A stretch of 64,000 bases of DNA from Lama guanicoe (lineage: Eukaryota): positions 197,618-261,617 of the forward strand of contig MU053792.1 in NCBI GenBank assembly GCA_013239625.1, written 5' to 3'. Of this stretch, positions 49,435 through 63,730 are shown piece after piece. Under the pieces are notes generated by a model that searched no databases, was not told where the DNA came from, and saw only the letters and a program-made list of their open reading frames with translations. Made by a program: the position numbers and the translations under genes. The first letter of the stretch is position 1; each line of letters begins with the position of its first letter.

Positions 49435-49727
49435 CGTGTTCCACCTTCCTTTTCAGCAGGGTGCGTATGCATTGAGAAACACCCACCGCGCATGCATATA
49501 CATGACTTTATTATTTTTTTTCCAAAGAAATAATCAGATTGCTGAAAGTTAGATCACATCAGGGAGAGTATACTTGGGAGATTTCCTTCACCAGAATTTG
49601 AATCAGCTCACTGCAGGAAGAGAGTGGGGCTTAGAGAATAAGAAAAGAAAGAGAAAGTGTTCATACAGTTAAACTCGCACAGTAATGACCCTCCTATTCA
49701 TTAGGAAGTGTGGTCCGTAAGAGTAAC

Positions 49728-50072
49728 TAGTCCTTCGGTATCTCCACCCACCAAAACACCACAGACAGGTTGGCTTATAAACAAAGGAAATGTGTTTTTC
49801 ACAGTTCTGGAGGCTGAAGTCCAAGATCAGGGTGCCCGCACGGTTGGGTTGTGGTGAAATTCCTTTTTTGTGTTGCAGACTGTCAACTTCTCACCGAGCC
49901 CTCACACGGCAGAAAGGGCGAGGTGTCTCTCTGGGATCTCTGTGATCAGGGCGCCAGTCCTGTTCATGATCTGCGCTCACGATCAGTTCAACACCCGGAG
50001 CCCCCACCTCCACACGCTGTCACCTTGGGCTTTAGGCTTTCAACATGTGACTTTGGCGGGGACACACAGACG
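49728..50072. mobile_element. MLT1A-like MaLR LTR just upstream of the CASP1 promoter
   Basis: caccacagacaggttggcttataaac...cacagttctggaggctgaagtccaagatcagggtgcc...tttcaacatgtgactttggcggggacac. Confidence 0.75.
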
Positions 50073-50169
50073 CTTGATTTCTAGCATTGGGAGAAGCTGA
50101 ACCACTGGGACCCATGCCCCCCATCCCATGGCTCTGGACCATGTCCTGGGAACTATGTGTCCCTGTGCT

Positions 50170-50236
50170 AGGAAGGGAACTTCCTGAAAGTTCTACTAAA
50201 AGAACTTCCTAAAATTTCCGCTTTTAGGAAGGAAAC
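50170..50236. promoter_or_regulatory. Cluster of ETS/PU.1-like (GAACTTCCT x2) and STAT-like motifs upstream of CASP1
   Basis: gggaacttcctgaaa...agaacttcctaaaa...ttttaggaagg; motif match only. Confidence 0.35.
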
Positions 50237-52327
50237 ATTTTTCTCCACAACCAAATCTAACACTCTTCCTTTTCAGGTGGTTCTGCTTTGAGGGACATGA
50301 TAGATGCTAAAAGCACAGGCTCTGGACTCAGAAGGTCAAATTTAGCATTTTAGCTATCCATTCTTGGATAGCTAAATTTTTTTGTGCTTTGGTTCCTCTA
50401 TCCGTAAAACACTTTCATTAGTAGCAAATACCTACTGAGTTTTGAGCGTTTAGTGAGTGAAAATGTGAAAACTGCACAAAACATTGCCTGACACATGGTA
50501 AGGACCTGATAAGTGGTGTGATTGTTTTTAATATAAATATGTCACACCAGAAAAAGAGCCAAAGTTAATTCCCCTTTTGTGCATCTCATCTATTTATTTA
50601 TTTAGCAAATAATGTGTGGATGACCTGCTCCGTACCTCTGTGCTAAGGGCCAGGACTCAGCCAAGCGAGACAGTGGTCTCCTACCCCCATGGCCTCACCT
50701 TCGAAAATGAAAACACAAACATGAAATTTAATATGTGTAACGGGGATATTCAGAACATTAGATGGGGTAAGTGCTGAGGAAAATAAATTAATTACAGAAG
50801 TAGGTTATAAAATATTGGAATACTAATTGATACTGAAGATGGAGGAATCCAAGAAGGCACAGGAGGTCACTGCTTTTTGTAAACACATGTGCAATCAGTT
50901 ATTCCAGAAATAAACTCAAGGTGACCAATTTATCTTTCAGATTTACTTGAGGAAAAATAGGCCAGTAACAAAATGCGGATATCAGAACTTCATGTTTATT
51001 CATTTATTACTGAAAATACCATGGGGATTATTACCTTATTATCTTAAGAGAATGAGGACCCAGAGTTACTAAAATGCTCAGTGATGTGTGTATACGTGTG
51101 TGTGTGCATACATACACACGTGCATGAAATATCTAAATTAAATATTGACAGCTCTATTACTATTGTTTTAAAACTATGCAATTAGAAACAGACTTGCCTT
51201 TGGGCCTGTGGGTACCAGTTTTGCTCCCTGCACTCTAGGCCACGTGTGTGAAATTATTTTAATTAGAATAAAATGCACTGTGTTGATTTGAATCTAAGCG
51301 TTTTCTCCAGGTGGCTTTATCTTTACTCCTTTGCTGTAATTACTCAGTCCAGTTTGCTGCACCGTCTTGTGCTCCTTGCCACAGGGAGACACTGTACACT
51401 TCTTCCTTTCCATTTTTATATTTATTTGTTGATGTCAAACGCCTTAAGGACTTCACACGAGGTTTCCGCCACCAGCCAGGGCCACACGCCACTGAACTGA
51501 GGCATGCTGAGGTGGTATTCGGGCTACAGGGGATGGCCTGGAAATGTAAAACCATAATTACATGATTAATTGATTATCCCATTGATTCCAGGAGGCTCAG
51601 CAGAGAGCCGCTACAGAGCAAGGGTTCACTGTTTCCTCAAAAATGAAGATGTTAAAAACCGGAAACATCCCAAATATCCATTATAGGTGAATGGCATGAG
51701 TAAATAAATTGTGTTAAATGCAGATACTGGCATGCGACTCAGCAATTAAAAAAGGAACAAAATATGCATACATGCAGAAACACAGATAAAAACATTATGA
51801 ATATCGTGAGTGAAATAAGCCACATACTCTTATACAATAGAATGCTTGCCCTATGATGCCAATTATATGAAGTTCTAGAATAGGAAAAATCATGTACTGT
51901 GAAAGAAATAGGATCACTAATTGTCTGAGGAGGAGGTGGAGGGCCATTCAACGCAAAGAGCACGAGAGGACTTTCTGGGGTGATGGGTGGTATACCACGA
52001 CGTACATTTGCCGTTGATAATCCAACGGTGTCCTTAAAAGAGACATATTTTATTTTACATAAATTGTGCCCCAGTAATATTGAATTTTAAAAACTGAAAT
52101 CTATTGCAGTGATAGACTAAAAAGGGTTTTCTTTCCATTTTGTGTTTTTCTTGATGTAATCAAGCTCAAATCAGTCAAAACCCTGGTAAAAGGAAGAGGA
52201 TCCTATAATGACTGAAATGGAATTATCTGCGGTTGGATGAGGATTTGTAGACAGAAGGCAAATAATGATCAATTTATCAACTAATATATGGACCCAGAAA
52301 GTAGTAATACATACCTAGAGTGTTATA

Positions 52328-52565
52328 TAGGGATAAACTGGGAGTTCGAGGTTTGCAGATACTGACAGGTATATATAAAATACATGAATAAGTTTATACT
52401 GTATAGCACAGGGAAGTATATTCAAGATCTTGTCTCAGCTCACGGTGAAAAAAATATGAAAATGCACATACATATATTCATGTATGACTGAAGCATTGTG
52501 CTGTACACCAGAAATGGACATGACATTGTAAACTGACTATAAACTATAACTCAATAAAAAAATTA
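52328..52565 (+). mobile_element. 5'-truncated L1 3'-end
   Basis: gggataaactgggagttcgag...ctataactcaataaaaaaa. Confidence 0.8.
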
Positions 52566-55344
52566 ATGCAGCAGTACAATTTTAAGCAGTGTTTTAAAGG
52601 AAGCATAGTAATTTTTTTAAAAAGCCCTTACACGGAAAGTAAAAGATCCCTCTGCTTGTTATAGTTGTGTCATTTTTATCCGTTAGACATCCACTTACCC
52701 CTACAATTTATCTATTTCTTATTCTTCTTTATGTTTTCAGGACATTTGTGATAATGCATCTTAATGAGAGTACTAACCAGCTATAACAGGTTGTTTTATC
52801 GGTTTCTTATTTAAAACCTTCCCTTTCGTACAGCTTATCCAAGTGGACTTTGAGATTCAATAGCTCTAAGATCAACTTGCGTTTACTAGCTGAAGATCTT
52901 GGACAATTTATTTAACATTTCTAAATTTCGGTTTTCTCATCTGTATGGAGGAACTCATAATCATTCTTATTTTGTAGGATGGCAGGGTGTGTGCGAAGAC
53001 CATACCACAGTGTCTCCCTGTAGTAGTCATGTGTTATATTCCAAAAACAAGGTAATGCCAAAATATGCCTTGTAAAATGCTTCTCAATTTTTCATGTGAC
53101 TTATTAGACAGCCTGCCATAACAACTGTGCAAGTGAGGTTAAATGAACATTGATTTTATTCTACAAATAAGATCAGGTAAACAGTTCAGAGACTCGGAAG
53201 CCCAAGTTTTGCAACTTGGGTGAGAAGCCCGCTTTCGTCCCCATCTACCACTTGCTCTGTGTGATGCGCCACTCCCCAGCTGGCCACTGCTCAGGAAACA
53301 TGGAAGATAAAAGCAGAGAATTGAACTATGCACTTGTCTTTATGGAACTGAAGATAATTTAGGAAGATAAAATATAAGCATTGATAAGAATTATAGTGGT
53401 GATAAATGAGGGCATAGGTAAACGTGCTGTGAGGCATCAGGAAGGAGTCACTTAAACATGACCTGAAACAATCGAGGAAGCACGCACAGGCTCGCAGAAC
53501 AGGCTCTAACGGCAAGAGGGGTGGGGCTCGGATTGGTAATAGGGGAGAGAGAACGTAACTCACTCACTGATGCATTTCTGTGTTCTAGGTACACAGTGAC
53601 ATCCTTTCACCCACTCAATACTGCTGAACAGTTATTACTAGCATCTCAGTTTTAAAGACCAGAAAATGAGATTCACCGCGGAGAGCTCCCCTTGTCAATA
53701 GCAGAGTCCATGACCGCAAAGTATAATTTGGTTGCTTTACTCTAAAGTCCATGATTTAAAAAAAACAAAAAACGAAAAACAAAACAGCTATAGAGAATAG
53801 AAATGTGAGACCAGAGCAATCCAATGAGAAGAATAAAAAAATTTTTTTTTAAGCCAAAGCCAGAGTCAAAGAAGAGGGAAAGTATATTTTATTTTTTTTA
53901 AATTTTTGTTTGAATCAAAGGATGTTTGTTTGGGATCAGCAGAAAGTGTGGTTTGAGACAGAGATTGGATCTAGATTAAGACAATTTGTAACAAACAGCC
54001 TCAGTGTGGAATTTTAAACTGATGTGACAGGAATAGGGAGCCAATGTAGCTTCTTGAGAAGGAGAGTCAAATGAACATATCTCTAAAGTAGCACATTTAT
54101 ATTCAATGTTTAAGAACTAGACGTTGAAATAAGTACTTAATCTACATTGGTCCTGGTAGTGGAAACTCTTGAAAATACTGATATTTAAGTTGACTCCAGA
54201 TTATTGACTTCAGAAGCTCCAAGCATAAGGCTCCATGTTTGAATATACAAACATAATTTTAGGTGTTTTTTGATATATATCCTCTATTGAGTATCACTGC
54301 TGGATGTCCTCATCTAGCACCAGAGATAACTGGGAGCTCTCTGAAACCCACATCCACCACCGCATTGAGAATTTAACAGCACATGTTCTTTGAGGTATTG
54401 AAACAGGAACTGGCCCTCAAGTAGCCAGGGCACTCAGGCCCACGGATGGGATTGGAGCCCCTGGGAGCTAGGGTTGGCTGGGAAGAGAAGCTGCAGACGT
54501 TGTGAGCTGGAGAGGAGCAGCAGCCGGGAGGGGCGTGGTCTCCTGGCATCAGATTTCTATTACAGCAGTATCATAAAAATGCTGACCTATGGAACCTACA
54601 CAAGGTGGAAGGCGGACCTGGGAATAGCACTGGGGCCAAATCCCTGGGGAGGAAATGCATGAGGTCTTGAATCTGGTCTTGTCACCTGGCAGCAAAAGCA
54701 GAAGGAATTATTTTCCAAGTTTGGCCCCCAGGCCTTTTACTCAGAATAGGAACTGTACTAGCAGGTAATGTTCATAAACACACTAGAAAGCAAACCACTG
54801 TGAGAATATATCAGAGGAAACAAGAAACTCCAAATTTATGTCCCCGACGACATGCGGATACTGGACTAATCAGACACAGAGTATAGAATGGCAGTGTCTG
54901 AGGGATTCAAATAAAGGAACAAAAATCAGTTATTTTATAATGGAGAATGATCAGAACAACTTAATGAAAGTAGAACGTATATAAAGGACATATATCAAAT
55001 GCAATTAACAACAGACAGGTTATAAGGAAGACACACATTTGTGAGAGCATAGGTGATCTGGAGACACACAAACAATTTATCTTGAACGCAATAAACAGAG
55101 ATGAGGAGCTGGAAATTGTGAAAGATGGATTCAGACATATGAAGGATGGAACGAGGAATTCTAATATATATCTGACTCAAATCCCAGAAAGATATAATTG
55201 AGAAAATGGAAGAGAGACAAACTTTTACAAGGAATTTTCCAGAACGAAGGAAGAATGGGTCCGCTGAATGGGGAAACATGACGTAACTCAGGACAAATCC
55301 AAAAGATGACTGCCTTATAACAGCCCTCTGAGTTAAGCATTCTT

Positions 55345-55785
55345 CTGGGTTGAATTCTCTACCACAAAAATACATGCTGAAGTCCTAACCCACTGTAACT
55401 CAGAATGTGCTCTTTTTTGGAAAAAGAGTTCCTGCACATGAGATGAGGTCATATTGGAGTAGGGTGAACCCTTAACTCAGTATGACCAGTGACGTTTTAA
55501 AAAGAAAAGAGACTCAGAAACAGAAAGACAGCACCACATGTGAAAATAAAGACACACAGATGGAAAGCAGCAAGAGGATATTGAAAGCGGAAATTAGAGT
55601 TATGCGCTGTGAGCAAAGAAACATCAAGAATTGTCAGGGACAAAGCCAGAAGCTGTCAGAGAGAGCATGGCCCTGCTGAAAACTTGGTTTAGGGCTTCTA
55701 GGCTCCAGAAGCGTAAGAGAATACATTTCTGTTTTAAGCCTCCCAATTTGTGCTGCTATGTTCCAGCTGTCCTACAAAAGGAGCA
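55345..55785. mobile_element. MLT1C/B-like LTR
   Basis: gggttgaattctct...gaagtcctaaccc...ggcttctaggctccagaagcgtaagagaatacatttctgttttaagcc. Confidence 0.7.
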
Positions 55786-57222
55786 CAGGTGTTGTTGCTT
55801 CCATTTTGCAGATGAGAAAAGGCTCAGAGAGATGAACTACTTGGTGTCATGAGTGAGGAGCAATCTCAGCTCAGGGATGTATAATCTAATAATAGAGCTG
55901 AGATCATATGAGTTATAACAGAAGTCAAAAATCGGTGGTCCACAGACTCCATCATGAGCAAAGATGTGTTTTTGTTGAACCTCACAGATATGATTTCTTT
56001 TGGCATTGATTATTTGCCAGACATTAAAAATTAACAGATTTCAAATCAAATTTTGGAATGCAGTTCTCTCTTACCTGAATTTCCACATGACATTAATTAC
56101 CTGGAACCACGTTCGTAATGCTGCATTCATACACTCTCCCGTTTTCCCTGTGCCTACTTAACCTCATTATCTTAATTTGTGTTTCTTACCAAGCTTATGG
56201 ACTGTTTACATTTTCAACCTCTGATGCAGGGATCAAAGGCCAGATTTTGGACTCAGCCATTTCCTAATAATATTAACACTTAACATCGGTATAATAATTG
56301 GTGTGATGATTATCCAACTCAAGTCTCAGTTTCTCTGCCTATAAACTTTCTGCCTTTGAGAATTTGTTGGATGGGTTAAATCTAATGCTTGAAAACCAGT
56401 GTCACCTGTTGAACAGTGAACATTCAGCAACGTAATTATTACCTTAATATAATTCTTCAAGTATCTGTAATGCTAGTAGAAAATGAAAAGTGCCATAAGA
56501 GAAAAGTTTGCACAAGAGAAAAACAGTGTGTTTTTGCAAGGAGTTCAAAAGAGTGAAAAATTACAACTGTTACAAGGGTGGAGGAGGGGGGTGTGGAGAG
56601 ACATGGAGATTATATTGATTGAAAAAAGAAAAGAAATTTAAAGGCCAAATAGTATTACATAACTTTCACAAGCAATGTTGTACGTGATGTTAATTTGCAC
56701 TATGAATTTAAGGAAATCACTATCATCACATGCCACTACCCCTTTGCCCACCTGATTTGAATGGTGCAGTGGTGGAGAGTTCCTTGCATGTGGCTAGCCA
56801 TTGTACCTCAGGTTTTTTTCTGCTTTGCTTCTGGAGTTGTTCGCCAAAATACTGAGGGATGCTCAGGTGTGATCTTACGCACCTAGAACTTTGGGCTTGG
56901 TTAGGGCCTGCCTCTGTCAAACATCAACCGATGGAGGGCAGTAGCCAGTTGATAAACATCCTCCAATTTCCCGCCTTCTCAGATGGTAGATTCTACAGTG
57001 TCCCAGAGGTTCCCCCAGGAAGAACCTGGTTCTCCTTCTCTGGTTGCTCCGAGTAGTAATGAATTCATTGATGCAATTTTTTGGGGTGATTTTCTCTTTT
57101 TCATTGCCCTTTCCCACTCCCTCACTGCTGTTTTCAGGCAAGGCCTCCAAATAAGCTACTTGCACACAAATGCCTGACTCTGTATCTGCTTCCAGGGGCA
57201 TTCGAATTGAGACAATATCTAA

Positions 57223-57565
57223 ATCACCATCACTACCATCATCATCACCACCCCCACCATCATCATCATCACCATCACCACCACCACCACCATCATAACC
57301 ATCACCACCACCACCATCATCACCATCACCAGCACCATCATCATCATCACCATCACCATAATCATCACCACCATCATAAACACCATCACCACCACCATCA
57401 TCACCACCACCATCATCATCATCACCACCATCATCATCATCACCGTCACCACCACCATCATCATCACCATCATCACCACCAATATCATCATCACCATCAC
57501 CACCACCATTATCATCATCACCACCATCATCATCTTCATCATCATTCTTGTTGTTATCATCAACC
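57223..57565. repeat. Imperfect (CAT/CAC)n trinucleotide repeat, ~340 bp
   Basis: Directly visible; produces a spurious poly-His ORF. Confidence 0.97.
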
Positions 57566-58841
57566 TTAATTGAGCACTTTCTGTGTGGGAAGTATTATGT
57601 TTCATTTCCTTCATATATATCTCATGTAATCCTTACTACACTGAGATTGGTAGTATTAACTCTCCTCACAGATGAAAATCTCTAGCTAGGGTTAATTACA
57701 CATATAATCATACATTTAATAACAAGGTGGATTTGAATACATATCCAAATTATTTTAACTCCCTAAATCCAACTTAGACAGACTGATGATGGATCTGGGA
57801 TACTAGATGGATGCTAGGTTCATTTTTTAATTTTTTAAATAGACTTTACTTTTTTAGAGCTGTTTCAGATTTACAGCAGAATTGAGCAGAAATACAGAGC
57901 TCCCACATAGCCCTCCCGAACCACACATACCACAAAACCACCCCTACCCTCAACATCCCTCATCAGTGTGGGATATCTGGTACAATCAATGTAAGTTTAC
58001 TTATTTTCAATAGCCTGTGCTACAACCTTTTTACCTTAGCTTTTAAAGCCTGAAAATATGTTTCTAACGTGTCTCATCAGAGTTACTCCGCACTGCCCTC
58101 CACAATATTCATATTCACTAACTTTAGGCAAACCAAGCTGCCAAATAATCCCTAAAGTATTTGTCTCGTCTGCTTAGTCAGACTAAAAGCTTCCTGTTTT
58201 GTTTTTTGGGTTTTTTTTTTTGAGTTTTGATTTGTTTTGCTTGAGGGATCTCTACATATTCCTCTGTGATCCTTCACTACTCCTTGAAGAGGTCATTAAA
58301 TGATAAGTGAACTGAGTGTGGCAGGAATGTGTAGGCTTATTTTCTGTGAATAAGTGGTATTGGAGATAACTCAGGAAGGAATACATAAAACAATATGGAA
58401 AAGAAATCACTGTAAAAACGAAGACACTCATTTCAGCTGTCTAAATGTCTTCACTTGGGTCTTCATATTGCTTGGCCTCCTGCTCCTTCTTTTTTTGGAT
58501 TTATTGAAGTCTGGATATTGGTGACCTCAACTCATAAAAACTGTCTAGAAATCTAAGTCCTTGAGACTGAAGGGTAGAAAGCAAGAAAAACCTTCCTCCC
58601 CTGGGCTTTGTTAATGGAGTCATCTGGGTCCAGCAAGGAAGTAATCCCAGGTAGTCTAGTGACTTCTTCACCCATACATATTCTTTTACAGAGAAGAGCG
58701 CATTTACTGAAAAATAGATGCACTGCAATTTCACTGAAAACATCAAGAAAACATCAGTGTAGTCATCCTTATACATTTTTTCTCATAGTCTCCTTTTCTT
58801 TCCGTCATTATCCCCCACATCTCTGTCTTTCTCTTTTTCTT

Positions 58842-58877
<36 letters not shown>

Positions 58878-60255
58878 TTTATTCACTCACAACCCACTTC
58901 CTCCAACCTCCCACAAACAGTCAAAGCTTTATTTCGCTTCTCCTTAAAAAAGACTACTCCTTAAAACAAAACCAATTTATCCCAATAGGCTTTGAAAACA
59001 GATTAAAAAACTAATTGTTAAACATTAAAATATTTATTAAATATTCATCTCCTACTTGCTCAGTGACTTAACAGCAAGATAAAAGCAATAAGAAAGTAAG
59101 TTCACAAGAGGCACTGAACAGTTTTTGACCTTTATCAGTCTAAGTACCATTGAGTCCAGTGAGAAATACTGGATGATAACAAGATATTTGAAATTCTTCC
59201 CTCTTAACTAAAGCAACACAACAGTTACTCAGCAGTAGGTCTCAATGATGATCTTCAGTTTGTCCTTAAAATTGTCCTTAGAAAGTTCCTCTTGTTTCAT
59301 ATTTGGAAGGCTGTGATAAAGGCATCAAGTAGATCCCTGATGGTGAGTCTGTGCTCATCCTGGCAGTACTAGAATTACCTGTGGCTCATAAGAAATGCAG
59401 AATCTCAGGCCCCACCCAGACTTGCTGAATTTGAGTTTGCATTTTGACAAGATCACCAGGTAACTACCTTAAATGTATTTGTACATTTAAGTTTTGAAAC
59501 ACTGCTCAAAGGGCTTCTTCCCAGTGACCCTCTCTCAGCTATTACAAGATATAAATACAAGAAAAGTTGCCAGCAGAAATCCAAGGTTCTGTGCAGGCAG
59601 CAAAAAACTTAAACTGAAGTCACATCTTGAAAACATTCCAAGGCTACTGAATTTGAATTCAGTTGAAGTACAGCCTACTCATTAGCACAAATTGAATGCA
59701 CAATAAATAATCTTAAATTAACAAATCCTTTCCTTTATTCTCAAGTTTCCTCTTATCCATTTTCTCATTGACAATTGCATTTCCCATTAAAGAACTCAAA
59801 AGACAAAGAATTAATTTGTTTTAGGGTATACTGGGATACAGCAGGAAATAACATAAACTTGGAGGACTGGGAATTTTTTTTTCTAGTCTAGAAACCTGCA
59901 GAAAAAAAGGGAGAGAGGAACAGTTTGGCAAAAGCTACCTTAAGCCATTTCCTGAAATAATAATAGACTATTAGTCTCCAGTGTCAACAGTATATACGTC
60001 CTAGGATACTTCATGATGATTTCAGGTCAGAGTCACTTAAAGATACTGGTGCATTCAGTTAATCCAAGACTTGATTTCTTCATATTTGATCATCTCTGCT
60101 AAATCAGAGTCTGATCATTCCCAGTGATAGACAACAATGTGTTTGTCAAATGGCTCTGTATGACCACATAACAGTCTGAATGTAATATCCTTTTCATCAC
60201 AAAATTACCCATGCTTGATTTTTTTAAACAGATATGAGGAGAACACACACACACA

Positions 60256-60291
<36 letters not shown>

Positions 60292-60769
60292 AACCAGAAG
60301 CTAAATGCAGTTACCATCATACGGTGGTCCTTTAGGACCCAGGTTATCATGAATTGCATATTGTACTCTAGCCATTTATGTAAGTTGCCAACCACAGCTA
60401 TTGCTACCAAAGAGGCTTTATGAAATCTCTAGAAATCAGTTAAGAAGTTATAATACCCCAAGTGAGTGCAAAGTCAAGAATAGCTACCTTGAAATGGGTA
60501 AGGGAGCTGTGGCATTTTATTCATGATAGCCCTTTCCTCAAGCTGACGTGCCTCAGTGTGATAGGAAGAAAGCACCCAGCTCACAGACTGGGTCTCTCCC
60601 GGAGGTGAGAGAGGAGTGGAATGTGTAACTAATATTAAAGGCTTTCTGGGGACTTCCCAAGGGACCATCTGCTGTCTTGTCTGACTTGGAGCACTGACAG
60701 GGAAATAGAATACTTTGGATGCTTGAGGGCCCTTGAGAATAAAGGAGAGCTCAGTGACTTTTTACAGCA

Positions 60770-61655
60770 CCAGAGAACCTGCAGTGCTGCAGGCAGACAC
60801 TAGAGAGAAGAAGAGATTATGACCTCTTGAAAAAAGAAGGCCGCAAACTCCTCTAATTCAGAAATTACACACATAATTCCAAAGAAAACACATCCCGAAA
60901 AAGGTTAGTGATGCCCCTAGAATTTCTAGCGGGGCTGATTGGTGAAGGCCTTCTCCTATCCAATCTTAGGCCATAAAAGCTGAGAGCAGTGGTTGTATTT
61001 TGCAAATGCCCAAATCCCAAGGGAAAAAATAAGGCATACAAAGAAACACGGAAACATGGCCCAATCAAAGGAATGAAATAAATCTCCAAAAACTGACACT
61101 GGAAAAGGGAGATCTTTGAATTACCTGACAAACAGTTCAAAATAATTGTCTTAAAGAAGCTCAATTATCTAAAATAAAGCAAATTGAAAACTAAAGAAAA
61201 TCCAGAAAATGATGCATGAACATAATGAGAATATCAACAGATAGAAACTATTAAAAAGAATCAAACAAATTATAGAGCTAAAGAATGCAATAACTGAGTT
61301 GAAAAATTCATTCAAGGAGTTCAACAGCAGACTTGATTAAAGAGAAGAAGGAATTAAACTCAAAGATAAGTCATTTGAAATTCTTAAGTCACAGGAACAC
61401 AAAGGTAAAAAGAAGAAGAAGGAGAAAAAGAAGAAAAATGAAGAAAATCTCAGGGACTTATGGAAAATCATCAAGCAGATCAATATACACATTATGAGAG
61501 TCTCAGAAGAGAGAGACAAAGGGCAGATAGTTTATTTGAAGAAATATGGCTGAAAATTCCCATATCTGAAGAAGGAATAGACATCCAAATTCAAAAAGCT
61601 CAGAGGATTTTAACTAGGATAAGTCCAAAGAGACCCACACCAAAAATTCTGTGGC
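60770..61655 (+). mobile_element. Old L1 ORF1 fragment
   Basis: Degenerate ORF1 peptides (IDIQIQKAQRILTRISPKRPTPK). Confidence 0.7.
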
Positions 61656-61659
61656 ACTA

Positions 61660-63395
61660 AATGCTTTTTCAGTTTTATACAACAGCACCACTATCTAGAC
61701 TCAAAATTTTTATCATCCCCAACAAAATCTCTCTACCCAAGTTAAACAATAACTCTGCCTTACACTCTTCTTGCAACCCTTGACAACCTCCATTCTACTT
61801 TCTCTATGAATTTGCATATTCTAGGTACACCATATAAATGGAGTCATACAATAGTTGTCCTTCTGTGCCTGATTTATTTTAGTAAACATAATGTTTTAAG
61901 GCCCATTCATCTTGTAGCATATATCAAAATATCATTCTTTTTATGACTGAATAATATTCCATTTGTGTTTATACCATCTATTGTTTACCCATTCATTTGT
62001 TGGTGAACACTTGGATTATTTCTACCTTTTAGCTTTTGCAAATAATGCTGCTATAAACATTAGTGTACAAATGTATATTGAAATCCATATTTTTCAATTA
62101 TTTTGGACATATACCTAGAAGTGGAATTGGTAAATTATATAGTAGCATAACATTTTGAGAAAAAACTGAACCATTTTCCACAGTGGCTGTACCATTTTAC
62201 CACCAACAAAGCACAGTTTTCCAATTTATCCTGTGCCAGTATCTGTTATTTTTCATGTGTGTATGTTTCTGTTTTAATAACCTACCTATTTTTGTTTTAG
62301 TTGAGTTTTAGAAGTTATTTATATAATCTGAATATTAGTCCTTTATCAGATATAAGATTTGCAGCCATCTTCTCCCATTATTTAGTTTTTTTTCACTTTG
62401 TAGATTGTATTCTTCAAGGCATAAAACTTCTTAATTTTGATGAAGTCCAGTTTATTGTTTTCCTTTTACTGCCTGGTCTTCTGGTAACATGAAGTTGTTT
62501 CTAAATGCAGTGTCATGAACATTTTCTCCAATGTTTTCTTTTGAGTTTTATAGCTTTATCTGTTAAGTTTATTTTAATTCATTTTGAGTTAGTTTTATAT
62601 ATGGTATAAGGTCATATGGAATAAGTCCAACTTTATTCTTTTGCGTGTGAATATCCAATTTTCCCAGTACCGTTTGTCCTTTCCCCTTTGAAAAGTCTTG
62701 GCACCCTTCTAGAAAATTAATTAACCATACACATAAAGATTTATTTCTGGTTGCTCTATTCTAGTCCATTGATCTGTCCTTATGTCAATACCATATTGTT
62801 TTAAGTTACTATCGCATTATAGTACGTTTCAAAGTAGGGAAGCATTAGTCTTCCAATTTTATTCTTCTTTTTCAAGATGTTTTGGCTATTTGGGGTCCCA
62901 TGTAATTCCATATGAATTTGAGGATTGTTTTCTCCATTCACTTCTGTAAATAAAAGGCTATTGGAATTCTGATAAGGATTGTATTGCATTTATAGATCAC
63001 TTTGGGTATTATTGACATTTAACACTATTAAGTCATGAGGACGGGCTGTGTTTCCCCTTACTTAGACCTTCCTTAATTTCTTTCATCATTGTTTTGTAGT
63101 TTTCAGTGTACAAGTCTTCATCTCCTTGATTAGATTTATTCCTAAGTATTTCATTATTTTAGATAGTACTTTATATGAAATTGCTTTCCTGATTTTTCTT
63201 TTCATGTGTTCATTGCTGGTATACAGAAACATAACTAAATTTTGTGTGTGTTCCTCTTGAACCCTGCAATTCTGCTGCATTTGTTTATTAGTTCTAGTAG
63301 ATTTCTTGTGAATAATTTGGGATTTCCTATACATAGGATATGTCATCTGTGAACAGAGATAATTTTACCTTTTCATTTTCAGTTTGAATGTCTTT
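61660..63395 (-). mobile_element. Old L1 (L1M-type) ORF2 3' part and 3' UTR
   Basis: ORF2-like peptides KYLGINLIKEMK and KKKNKIGRLMLPYFETYYNAIVT. Confidence 0.8.
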
Positions 63396-63399
63396 GTGT

Positions 63400-63613
63400 T
63401 TTTTTTAACATTTTTTATTGAGTTATAGTCAGTTTATAATGTTGTGTCAATTTCCAGGGTAGAGCACAACTTTTCAGTTATACATGAACATACATATATT
63501 CATAGTCACATTTTTTTTAGCTGTGAGCTACTACAGGATCTTGTATGTATTTCCCTGTGCTATACAGTATAATCTTGTTTATTCTGCATATGCCTGTCAG
63601 TATCTAAAATTTC
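63400..63613 (-). mobile_element. L1 3'-end fused directly to the U6 copy
   Basis: Lineage-type L1 3' UTR plus AATAAA and A-tail immediately 3' of U6. Confidence 0.85.
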
Positions 63614-63719
63614 AAAATATGGAACTCTTCATGTATTTGTGTGTCATCCATGTGCAGGGGCCATGGTAATCTACTCTGTATCATTCCAATTTTAGTATAT
63701 GTGATGCTGAAGTGAGCAA
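63614..63719 (-). pseudogene. RNU6: U6 snRNA retropseudogene (full length, diverged)
   Basis: Minus strand reads ttgctcacttcagcatcacatatactaaaattggaatgatacagagtagattaccatggcccctgcacatggatgacacacaaatacatgaagagttccatatttt, i.e. U6 with CpG decay. Confidence 0.92.
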
Positions 63720-63730
63720 AACCTGATATC

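Noticed and set aside
57207..57614. Poly-His and poly-Met/Val ORFs
   Set aside because: Translations of a CAT/CAC microsatellite; no gene context.
63614..63719. Functional U6 gene
   Set aside because: Multiple substitutions including next to the ACAGAGA box, no PSE/TATA upstream (an L1 tail instead), and fused to L1.
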